Source: a virus. From it: a DNA stretch of 38,741 nt. A program made the position numbers and the translations under genes. A model generated the notes under the pieces. It did no database searches. It was not told where the DNA came from and saw only the letters and a program-made list of their open reading frames with translations. This document shows positions 30,315-37,852 of the stretch, piece after piece (the stretch's first letter is position 1; each line of letters opens with the position of its first letter). The stretch is from the IMG/VR virus record IMGVR_UViG_3300036660_000027, positions 1 to 38,741 of that record; one strand, given 5' to 3'.

Positions 30315-30329
30315 TCCGGAGGGGTCGCC

Positions 30330-30707
30330 ATGCCAGTTACAAACTTTCCAAATGGAATTAGCGCTGCCCCTGTCGGCATTTCCGGACCTTTGACCGGTGC
30401 TATCGGGGCTGTCACCGCAGTTTCGGCCACAGTCTCTCTTGCCGCGCTTTCCGGGAAGGTCACAACCATATCGCTCACCACCGGTCCAAACTTGGGCTAT
30501 GGATTAGTGATCAACAACAGCATGATCGCTGCCGGAGATATTGTGGTTGCATCCGTGGCTTTGGGAACAAACACCACGGGCGCGATCGCAATCGGCCATG
30601 TGCATGTTACGGCAGGATCGGTCAATATCAATATTCGCAACGTTGATGCCGCCGCTTCCCTTAACGGCACGGCTATCGTCTCTTTCCAAGTCTTCAAAGC
30701 CACCTAA
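30330..30707 (+). CDS. Small beta-rich structural protein, tandem paralog B
   Basis: 125 aa and collinear with paralog A. Nucleotide differences in the conserved N-terminus are mostly synonymous. Confidence 0.75.
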   Translation: MPVTNFPNGISAAPVGISGPLTGAIGAVTAVSATVSLAALSGKVTTISLTTGPNLGYGLVINNSMIAAGDIVVASVALGTNTTGAIAIGHVHVTAGSVNINIRNVDAAASLNGTAIVSFQVFKAT

Positions 30708-30723
30708 TTGAGGAGGTTTCGCC

Positions 30724-30978
30724 ATGACGGTTTTCAAGTCGGGTCAATGGAATTCCAACTGCGACCGCTGCGGCCAAAAATTTAAGTCTGGCCGTTTGCG
30801 TTTGGAGTGGACCAACCTGCGGTGCTGTCATGGCGTGGGTACCAACAACTGCTGGCAGGCACGCAATGAACAGGAATTCGTCCGTGGCGTGCCTGATCGC
30901 CAAAACCCACCTTGGGTAAGGCCAAATGATGATGGCCCTGATGTGGGTCCTAACAGCGTTTTGCCGGGGGATTTATAA
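30724..30978 (+). CDS. Cys-rich (zinc-ribbon-like) virion-module protein
   Basis: 84 aa. CDRCGQKFKSGRLRLEWTNLRCCHGVGTNNCW provides the Cys pairs. It lies between the head and tail-hub genes. Confidence 0.6.
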   Translation: MTVFKSGQWNSNCDRCGQKFKSGRLRLEWTNLRCCHGVGTNNCWQARNEQEFVRGVPDRQNPPWVRPNDDGPDVGPNSVLPGDL

Positions 30979-31623
30979 ATGGCAGTCACGACAACCGAAA
31001 CCGCGCGGGTCGTTATCAGCGATGCGCTGCGCAAGTTAAACGTTGTGGCCTATGATGAAAGCATGGACGCGGATCAGGCATCTAATGGTGCGCGCGCCCT
31101 GAACCGGATGCTGAAAAGCTGGCAGAACCGCGGGCTGAACCTTTGGGGCGTTACTGCGATGAGCGTGGCGGCAACGACTGCGGCAAGCTACACCCTGACT
31201 CTGCGCCCGCTGGAAATCCTGAACATCCGATATAAAAACGGCACCAATGAGTTGCCGATGTGGCAAATGACGCGGGAGGAATACGACGACCTGCCCAACA
31301 AGTCATCGACCGGAACCCCAACGACATTTTACTTCAACCGCCAGCGCGAAACCGCGACGATTACGGTCTGGCCTGTTCTGGCAGTGACCGGAACCGCGAC
31401 ATTCGAGATCAGCTATCAGCGTGAGTTTGAGGACGTCGACCTTGACACCGCACCGGACGTGCCCGGCGAGTACTGGGAAGCAATGGTATACGGTTTGGCC
31501 GCACGGCTTGCCGATGATTATAGCGTCGATGGCCGAACCGTAACGGCACGGGCTGAGGAAGAACTTAGGCTGGCCTTGGCGTTCGACCGGGAAGGCTCTT
31601 TGTATTTCCACGGTGATCGATAA
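30979..31623 (+). CDS. Head-to-tail adaptor (P22 gp4-position) protein
   Basis: 214 aa. The pattern VISDALRKLNV...ALNRMLKSWQNRGLNLW ... MTREEYDDLPNK ... PGEYWEAMVYGLAARLADDY is one I recall from podovirus adaptor / tail-tube-A-type proteins. It is followed by the gp10-like gene. Confidence 0.6.
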   Translation: MAVTTTETARVVISDALRKLNVVAYDESMDADQASNGARALNRMLKSWQNRGLNLWGVTAMSVAATTAASYTLTLRPLEILNIRYKNGTNELPMWQMTREEYDDLPNKSSTGTPTTFYFNRQRETATITVWPVLAVTGTATFEISYQREFEDVDLDTAPDVPGEYWEAMVYGLAARLADDYSVDGRTVTARAEEELRLALAFDREGSLYFHGDR

Positions 31624-32951
31624 TGCCGAAGATTGAATTCGTCGGGCAAAGCGCCTTTGATCCGGGCAACAAGCAAGGTGCGACCGGTCGGCTGGTAAAC
31701 CTATACCGAGAGCCTGCGGAGGGTCGGTTTGTGCTGCGCCCAGCGCCGGGTATGGCGTCGTTCGCATCGCTGGGCCTCTCTCTCATGCGGGCAATGCAGG
31801 TGGTGGGCGGCGTGCTGTATGCGGTCTGCGGGGGCAGGCTGTTCAGCGTCACCAGCGCGGCTGTCGTCACCAACATCGGCGCGATTGCTGACAGCGAATC
31901 CACGACCATCGCTGGCAACTATGGCTCAATCACTGTGGTTGCGGGCGGCGTCTATTACGTCTGGAATGGCACCACGCTGACAACGCCGACCTTGCCGTTC
32001 GCGGTTTCGTCTCTGGCCTACATCGGCGGCTATACCGTGCTGGCGGAAACCAATGGGCGGCGGCTGCAATGGTCGGGGCTTGCCACGCCCGCGACACTGC
32101 CGGGCTTAAGCTTTGCTAGTTCGGAAAGCACCGACGAGCCTATCCTGAGGATTATGACGTTCGGCGACACGCTGCTGGTGTTCAAGGCCAACTCGGTCGA
32201 GCGTTGGCAGGTGACAGGATCGGCTGGGGCACTGGCCTTCGTGCTGATCACCGGATCTGTGATCGAGACCGGGCTGGATCAATATTCTCTGCTGACCAAG
32301 CTTCCGAATGGCGCTGCGTTTGTGGCGAATGATGGCCGGGTTTATCTGATCGGAACGGCGGCACCTATTTCAACGCCTGCGCTTGAGTCCGTGCTGAAGC
32401 TCTACACGGCGCAGCGGATGTTCTACTATGAGACGCGCGGGCACGGCATGATCTGCATTACGTTTGATGGCATTCCGGCGTGGTGCTTTGACATTGCAAT
32501 GGGCGAGTGGCACGAGCGGGCCGAAGGGGTTCTCCTCGGGGAGTGGACCGCCAAGGCATCCGATAAGCTAGGTTCGGACTGGGTTATTGGGCTGGACAAC
32601 GGTTCTATCGGGGTTTTCAGCGAGACACTGACCGACTTTGGTGCCACGCATCGCCGCACCGCAGTATCGAGGATGTATCAGCCGGGGCAGCGGTTCAGCA
32701 TCAAAACGTTGGAATTCCGGGCGGATATGGGCGCAACACTGCTGGCAACAACACCAAAATTGCAGGTGAAATTCAGCCGCGATGGCTTGACCTATGGGAT
32801 GGAGAAATCGCGCAACTTCGGTGCTACTGGAGAATATTATAATCGAATGCAGTTTCAGGCCATGGGGCAGTTCCGGCAAATCACGGTGCAGGTTGACATG
32901 ACCGGATCAGTCGCAACGCCATTCTTCACCGATTGTGAGATGGAAATCTAA
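31623..32951 (+). CDS. Tail hub protein, P22 gp10 (Phage_stabilise)-like
   Basis: 442 aa with beta-rich repeated blocks. The overall order of motifs resembles P22 gp10 as I recall it. This needs HMM confirmation. Confidence 0.6.
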   Translation: MPKIEFVGQSAFDPGNKQGATGRLVNLYREPAEGRFVLRPAPGMASFASLGLSLMRAMQVVGGVLYAVCGGRLFSVTSAAVVTNIGAIADSESTTIAGNYGSITVVAGGVYYVWNGTTLTTPTLPFAVSSLAYIGGYTVLAETNGRRLQWSGLATPATLPGLSFASSESTDEPILRIMTFGDTLLVFKANSVERWQVTGSAGALAFVLITGSVIETGLDQYSLLTKLPNGAAFVANDGRVYLIGTAAPISTPALESVLKLYTAQRMFYYETRGHGMICITFDGIPAWCFDIAMGEWHERAEGVLLGEWTAKASDKLGSDWVIGLDNGSIGVFSETLTDFGATHRRTAVSRMYQPGQRFSIKTLEFRADMGATLLATTPKLQVKFSRDGLTYGMEKSRNFGATGEYYNRMQFQAMGQFRQITVQVDMTGSVATPFFTDCEMEI

Positions 32952-34729
32952 TGGCGAATGTCAACATATCGGTCCAATACATCACCGCAGACGGCAAGCT
33001 GACGGCGGCGGGATTTGCGCTGTTTCGTAGTCTTGGGGGCACCAATCTGGCGTATGATGCCGTCACGCGGGTTGTGTCATCCGATACCGGAACCGATGCC
33101 ACGTTGCCGCTGGCGACATCCACCGAAGCGGGCCTTGCGCCCCTCTCTGGTGGCGGGACGGCTAATTTCCTGCGTGCGGATGGGACATGGGCTACTCCGG
33201 GCGGCAGTGGTAGCGGCGATATGGTGCTAGCCGGAGTCCAAACCAATAGCGGTCTGAAAACGTTTCTGGATGGAACCTTTGGTCTGCGCAACGTAGCGAA
33301 CACCTTCATTGCCCAGTTCTCCAATGCCATCACCGCCGCGCGGACATATACGCTGAAGGATGCTAGCGGCACCGTGGCGTTCACCTCCGACATTACGGGC
33401 GTCAATTCAGGAACTAACACGGGCGATCAGACAATCACTTTGACCGGTGATGTGACGGGTACGGGGGTAGGGTCATTTGCCGCAACGCTTGCCACGGTCA
33501 ACGCCACAGTCGGATCATTCGGCGTTGCCGCGTCTGTCTCCCAATTCACCGTCAATGCCAAAGGGCTGATCACGACAGCGGCTAACGTTGCGATCAGTAT
33601 TGCATCGGCGGCAATCTCGGACTCTACCGCCGCCGGTAGGGCCATGCTAACCGCAGCAACTGCAACCGCCCAAACTGCATTGTTGGACCTGTTCAGCAGT
33701 ACGGACAAGGGACTGACGCCCCTCTCTGGTGGTGGGACGACTAATTTCCTGCGGGCAGATGGCACATGGGCGGTCCCCGCCAGTGGTGGGTCGCCGGGTG
33801 GCGCTACAACTCAAATCCAATACAATTCGGCAGGTGCCTTTGCGGGCGATGCTGACATGACGTGGGACGCCGCAGGCAACACGCTAGGTCTAGGGGGTGT
33901 GGACACTGGCATAGAAATCGCTGCGATAACGGCTGAGCCAGCGTCTCCGGCAACGGGCAAGGCGCGGCTGTATTTCAAGAGCATCGCTGGCCGGATGAGC
34001 CTGAAATCCAAAGGGCCATCTGGACTGGATTCCAACTACCAGACTGCTGTTTGGGGTAATTCGCAATACCGTTGGACAATGTCATCCGTTCTTGCTGGGT
34101 CTTGGCAAAACGCAGCAGGGTCTGGGTCAGGGACATTCTCTACCGGATCGCCAACAACAACAAGCGTATTCACCTCAATGCGCCGCAGTCTATACGCCAA
34201 CGTTGTGACAACCTTGAATCAAAGCCTAGGCCAGCGTATTACCGAAAACCTGTTTTTCCGTGGTGCAGTATCAAGGCAAGGTGGGTTCTTTTTCGCAGCC
34301 CGAATGGGGTTTGACGTTTGGACCAACGGCGGTCGTTTCTTCGGCGGGATGATGCCAGCATCAACTGTTATCACCGCCGACCCATCCGCTCTAAATAACA
34401 CTGTCGGGTTCTGCGTTGATGCAGCCGACAGCGGCGCGATATCCTTCCTAACGCGTGGGACCGTGGCCACCAAAGCCGCAACCGGGTTTACTATTACCTC
34501 GGGCAAAGGGTACGACATTTTCATTTATTGCGCAGCCAACAGCACTCAGTACACATGGCGTATTGTTGATATTAACGCAGGCACCGAGGCCAGCGGCGTA
34601 GCAACTTTGACCCTCCCCACAAACACAGCTTTAGCGGGGGCCGGAGTTCTGGCATCTAATGCAGCACTGACAACGGTATCTGCGGTGCAGGTTGCGATAA
34701 ACGGCATTTATGTGGAAACCGATTACTGA
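32951..34729 (+). CDS. Tail fibre / receptor-binding protein (long)
   Basis: 592 aa. The motif GL(A/T)PLSGGGT(A/T)NFLRADGTWA(T/V)P occurs twice, and the shaft is G/T/A/S-rich. Confidence 0.8.
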   Translation: MANVNISVQYITADGKLTAAGFALFRSLGGTNLAYDAVTRVVSSDTGTDATLPLATSTEAGLAPLSGGGTANFLRADGTWATPGGSGSGDMVLAGVQTNSGLKTFLDGTFGLRNVANTFIAQFSNAITAARTYTLKDASGTVAFTSDITGVNSGTNTGDQTITLTGDVTGTGVGSFAATLATVNATVGSFGVAASVSQFTVNAKGLITTAANVAISIASAAISDSTAAGRAMLTAATATAQTALLDLFSSTDKGLTPLSGGGTTNFLRADGTWAVPASGGSPGGATTQIQYNSAGAFAGDADMTWDAAGNTLGLGGVDTGIEIAAITAEPASPATGKARLYFKSIAGRMSLKSKGPSGLDSNYQTAVWGNSQYRWTMSSVLAGSWQNAAGSGSGTFSTGSPTTTSVFTSMRRSLYANVVTTLNQSLGQRITENLFFRGAVSRQGGFFFAARMGFDVWTNGGRFFGGMMPASTVITADPSALNNTVGFCVDAADSGAISFLTRGTVATKAATGFTITSGKGYDIFIYCAANSTQYTWRIVDINAGTEASGVATLTLPTNTALAGAGVLASNAALTTVSAVQVAINGIYVETDY

Positions 34730-35148
34730 TGAAGATAACCGCGGCGCAGGCAGAGCCGTTCTTTGCGCACCCATCACAGCGCAGGGGGGCCATGCTAGAG
34801 GCCGGGGCCGTATTGCCCGACTGGCTGGACTACTATGCACATGATGGCGTCTGCGGGGCGTTCCACAACGCTCTATGGCCGGGTGTGCTGATGATGCACA
34901 TTGGCGTCATGCCGCAGATGTGGGGCAGGCTAGACAACGCCATACTAGACGTGGTAAGTATGGCAATATCAGGCCGTGACGTATCTCGCGTCATCGCATG
35001 GGTTCTGGATGAGAATAAGGCAGTTCTATCGCTGGCGCGACGAATTGGCTGGACCATTGATGGCAGGCTAGCACTGCCCGAACCCGTGACAATGATAGGC
35101 TTTAACCCATGCCAATTGGCCCCCTACTCGGACCCATCCTCGGAATAG
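34729..35148 (+). CDS. Hypothetical protein, possibly GNAT-fold
   Basis: 139 aa. The ...VSRVIAWVLDENKAVLSLARRIGWTIDG segment resembles the GNAT beta4-alpha3 / C-terminal region. This is a weak call. Confidence 0.5.
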   Translation: MKITAAQAEPFFAHPSQRRGAMLEAGAVLPDWLDYYAHDGVCGAFHNALWPGVLMMHIGVMPQMWGRLDNAILDVVSMAISGRDVSRVIAWVLDENKAVLSLARRIGWTIDGRLALPEPVTMIGFNPCQLAPYSDPSSE

Positions 35149-36068
35149 GCTCGGCGCTGATCGGTGCGTCGTCCGCAAACAAAGCGGCAAACGCCCAAAA
35201 GGACGCGGCCAATCGTGATCTGGCGTTCCAAAAGGAAACGCGCGATCTCATTCGGGCTGACCTCAAGCCCTACGTTGGCAGCGGCGGCAATGCCCTTGCG
35301 GCTTACAATTATGAGTTAGGCCTAGGCGCTAGACCGACATTCGGCGGCACAGCCCCGACCATCGAAACCATTGCGGGCACACCAATCGGCGGTGGTGGCG
35401 GCTCTGGGATTAATGTGAATGCTGGAAATGGCAACCCAGGCGGGCGTGAAGGGTATCTGGCTAATCAGGGTCCGTACTCGGGCCAAAGCCAACAGAAAAT
35501 GTCCCCCACTCAATACCGAGTCGGCGGGCAGAACTTCGGCACCATGGACGCGGCACAAGCCTACGCAGACAAAAACCCGACCGGCGGGCAGGATTACGGA
35601 GGGTTTACCAAAACCCCCGGCTATGATTTCAGGATGCAAGAGGGTCAGGACGCGCTGGAATCTAGTGCGGCGGCACGGGGCGGTCTGCTTTCCGGCGCGG
35701 CTTTGCAGGCATCTCAGCAGTACGGGCAAAACTACGCCACCAGCGAATATGATAAATACCTAGCGAAGCTGCAAGGCCAGCAGGGAGTTGGTTTGTCGGC
35801 GTCGGCCATGAATGCCACCGCGGCGCAGAACACAGCATCGGGCGTATCGAATGCCTTGGGCAACTATGGCGACGCAGCATCGGCGGGGGCCATTGGCGTC
35901 GGCAATGCGTTCAACACGGGCATCGGCAACGTGCTTGGGGCTTTCAACTATCAGAAAAACCTGACTTCGCCAGTCGCAGGGGCCGCCAAGTACCTAACGG
36001 GTGGTGGCGGGTCAATATCACCAGCAGGCGGCGGCGTTGGTAATTGGTTCAGCGGGTTGTTCAAATAA
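35109..36068 (+). CDS. Internal virion / ejection protein (Gly-rich)
   Basis: 319 aa with a hydrophobic N-terminus (PLLGPILGIGSALIGA). TPGYDFRMQEGQDALESSAAARGGLLSG is a motif I recall from podovirus internal proteins. Confidence 0.65.
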   Translation: MPIGPLLGPILGIGSALIGASSANKAANAQKDAANRDLAFQKETRDLIRADLKPYVGSGGNALAAYNYELGLGARPTFGGTAPTIETIAGTPIGGGGGSGINVNAGNGNPGGREGYLANQGPYSGQSQQKMSPTQYRVGGQNFGTMDAAQAYADKNPTGGQDYGGFTKTPGYDFRMQEGQDALESSAAARGGLLSGAALQASQQYGQNYATSEYDKYLAKLQGQQGVGLSASAMNATAAQNTASGVSNALGNYGDAASAGAIGVGNAFNTGIGNVLGAFNYQKNLTSPVAGAAKYLTGGGGSISPAGGGVGNWFSGLFK

Positions 36069-36679
36069 TGGCCGGGTGGGATTGGACATCATATTCAACG
36101 GGCGGAGCGCAACGCCCCGATAGCTTCACTGGCATGACTTCCGATTTTAACGGATCGTTGGAGCGGATGTTTTCGGAAGCGCCCCCCGAAATCCAAGCGC
36201 AATTGCGTGTCGGATCAGGGTTCCGGTCCGTTGAACGGCAAGCGCAGTTGTGGGCGGATGCGCTGGTTAAGTACGGATCACCGGAAGCCGCCCGCAAGTG
36301 GGTCGCCCCGCCCGGAAACAGCCAGCACAACATGGGCAACGCAGCCGATCTGAAATATCTCGATCCAGCAGCCAAGGCGTGGGCGCACCAGAATGCGTCT
36401 CGGTATGGGCTGGCGTTCCCGCTGGGGAATGAGCCGTGGCATATTGAATTAGCGTCCGCTCGTGGTGGTAGCCAACAGCCTGCATCAATGCCGTCTGGCA
36501 ATGCTTTGGCATCAAACCCAGCAGCACCGCAGGCTGCGCCACAGAACGCGCTTGCAGCCCCGCCTGCGAGAGACCCCGGATTTCAGTTGCAATCAGCAGG
36601 GCTAACCGCCGCCGATTTCGCAAACAAGCCCCGCAACGCATTGGCCCCGATGCCGATCACATATCAGAGGTTTGTATAA
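36068..36679 (+). CDS. Peptidase M15 (VanY-like) cell-wall hydrolase, probably virion-associated
   Basis: ATG 36068 overlaps the upstream TAA. 203 aa. SGFRSVERQAQLW ... APPGNSQHNMGNAADL ... EPWHIE gives the H-x6-D ... H zinc site. Confidence 0.8.
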   Translation: MAGWDWTSYSTGGAQRPDSFTGMTSDFNGSLERMFSEAPPEIQAQLRVGSGFRSVERQAQLWADALVKYGSPEAARKWVAPPGNSQHNMGNAADLKYLDPAAKAWAHQNASRYGLAFPLGNEPWHIELASARGGSQQPASMPSGNALASNPAAPQAAPQNALAAPPARDPGFQLQSAGLTAADFANKPRNALAPMPITYQRFV

Positions 36680-37852
36680 ATGGACCCGCGCATAATCCTT
36701 GGTGGAGTGCAGCCAGACTTTGTGAACGTGCTGGACACGTCGAACACGGCAGCACAACGCCAAAACCAGTTTCAGCAGCAGAACGCCCTGACCGCCTATA
36801 ACCAAGCCAATGGTGCGGCGATGATGGCTGGCGATAAGAACGCGCTGGCAGGCTATGCCGGATTTGATCCGCAGGGCGCTATGGATATGCAAACTGCTCA
36901 GGCCCAAAGCGCGCGGCTTTCGCAGCAGGACCAATGGAACATCGAGGATCGCGCGAAGGCCATGACCAAGGCTGAACGCGACGCGGCTGCGCTGGAAGTC
37001 GAGAACACGGTTAAAATGGGAATGATGATCCCAGACGCCGCGACATGGGATGCGCAAATGGCGCAACAGAGCCCGGATCTTGTCGGCCAGTTTGACAACC
37101 GCAACGCCATCGCCGCGCGATACATGAGCATGGCCGATATTCTGAAAGCTGTTGCCCCGCCTGAGCGCAAGGACGTGCTGGCGCTGGAGAAAACCCAGCT
37201 TGAAATTGATGCGCTGAGGAACCCAACCCAAGATTGGCGCAATGCAACGCCAGCGGAAGCGGCGTCACAGGGGGCTATGGCCGGTCAAATAAACACCAAA
37301 ACCGGAAAGTTTGAGGCCAATAACCCGCCTTCATCCATGTCTATGACTGGCGACGGAGAAGGCGGATTTACTCTTACTCAGGGCGTACCGGGCGGTGGTA
37401 AGCCTCCAACTGTGGATCAGGCCAAAAACGCCGGGTTCTTTATCCGCATGCAGGATTCCGGAAAAATCCTAGATGAACTGGAAACCCAAGGGGCAGACTT
37501 AAAAGCCAGAGCAATGGCATTGGACCCGACAGGTATGACAAATTATGCCCAAAGCCCAAGCTATCAGAAATTTGATCAAGCCCGACGTGATTTTGTAAAC
37601 GCTCTTTTGCGCAGAGAGAGTGGAGCAGTTATTAGCCCGGATGAATTCGCCAACGCTGATATTCAATATTTCCCTGTTCCGGGTGATGGCAAAGAAGTCA
37701 TCGCGCAGAAAAAGAAAAACCGTGCAAATGCGATTGCTGGTATTGAAATCGGCGCTGGACCATTGGCTGAGGGCATTAAGGATGCACCGGCACCGGCACC
37801 CGCGCAAGGCTCGGTCTTGCAATTCGACGCAGAAGGGAACCTTGTGCCATGA
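36680..37852 (+). CDS. Internal virion / ejection protein
   Basis: 390 aa with a Q/A/N-rich helical N-terminal half. The C-terminal third (about 37380-37760) is visibly AT-richer. Confidence 0.65.
   Translation: MDPRIILGGVQPDFVNVLDTSNTAAQRQNQFQQQNALTAYNQANGAAMMAGDKNALAGYAGFDPQGAMDMQTAQAQSARLSQQDQWNIEDRAKAMTKAERDAAALEVENTVKMGMMIPDAATWDAQMAQQSPDLVGQFDNRNAIAARYMSMADILKAVAPPERKDVLALEKTQLEIDALRNPTQDWRNATPAEAASQGAMAGQINTKTGKFEANNPPSSMSMTGDGEGGFTLTQGVPGGGKPPTVDQAKNAGFFIRMQDSGKILDELETQGADLKARAMALDPTGMTNYAQSPSYQKFDQARRDFVNALLRRESGAVISPDEFANADIQYFPVPGDGKEVIAQKKKNRANAIAGIEIGAGPLAEGIKDAPAPAPAQGSVLQFDAEGNLVP

Noticed and set aside
29937-30707. I considered whether the tandem paralogs are a diversity-generating retroelement template/variable repeat pair.
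   Set aside because: There is no reverse transcriptase gene anywhere in the genome. The nucleotide differences between the copies are not restricted to adenine positions. Both copies are full-length ORFs with their own SD.
30724-32951. I looked for a tail tape-measure gene and a programmed-frameshift chaperone pair.
   Set aside because: None is present. The tail genes (adaptor-like, gp10-like hub, fibres, ejection proteins) indicate a short-tailed podovirus, so their absence is expected.
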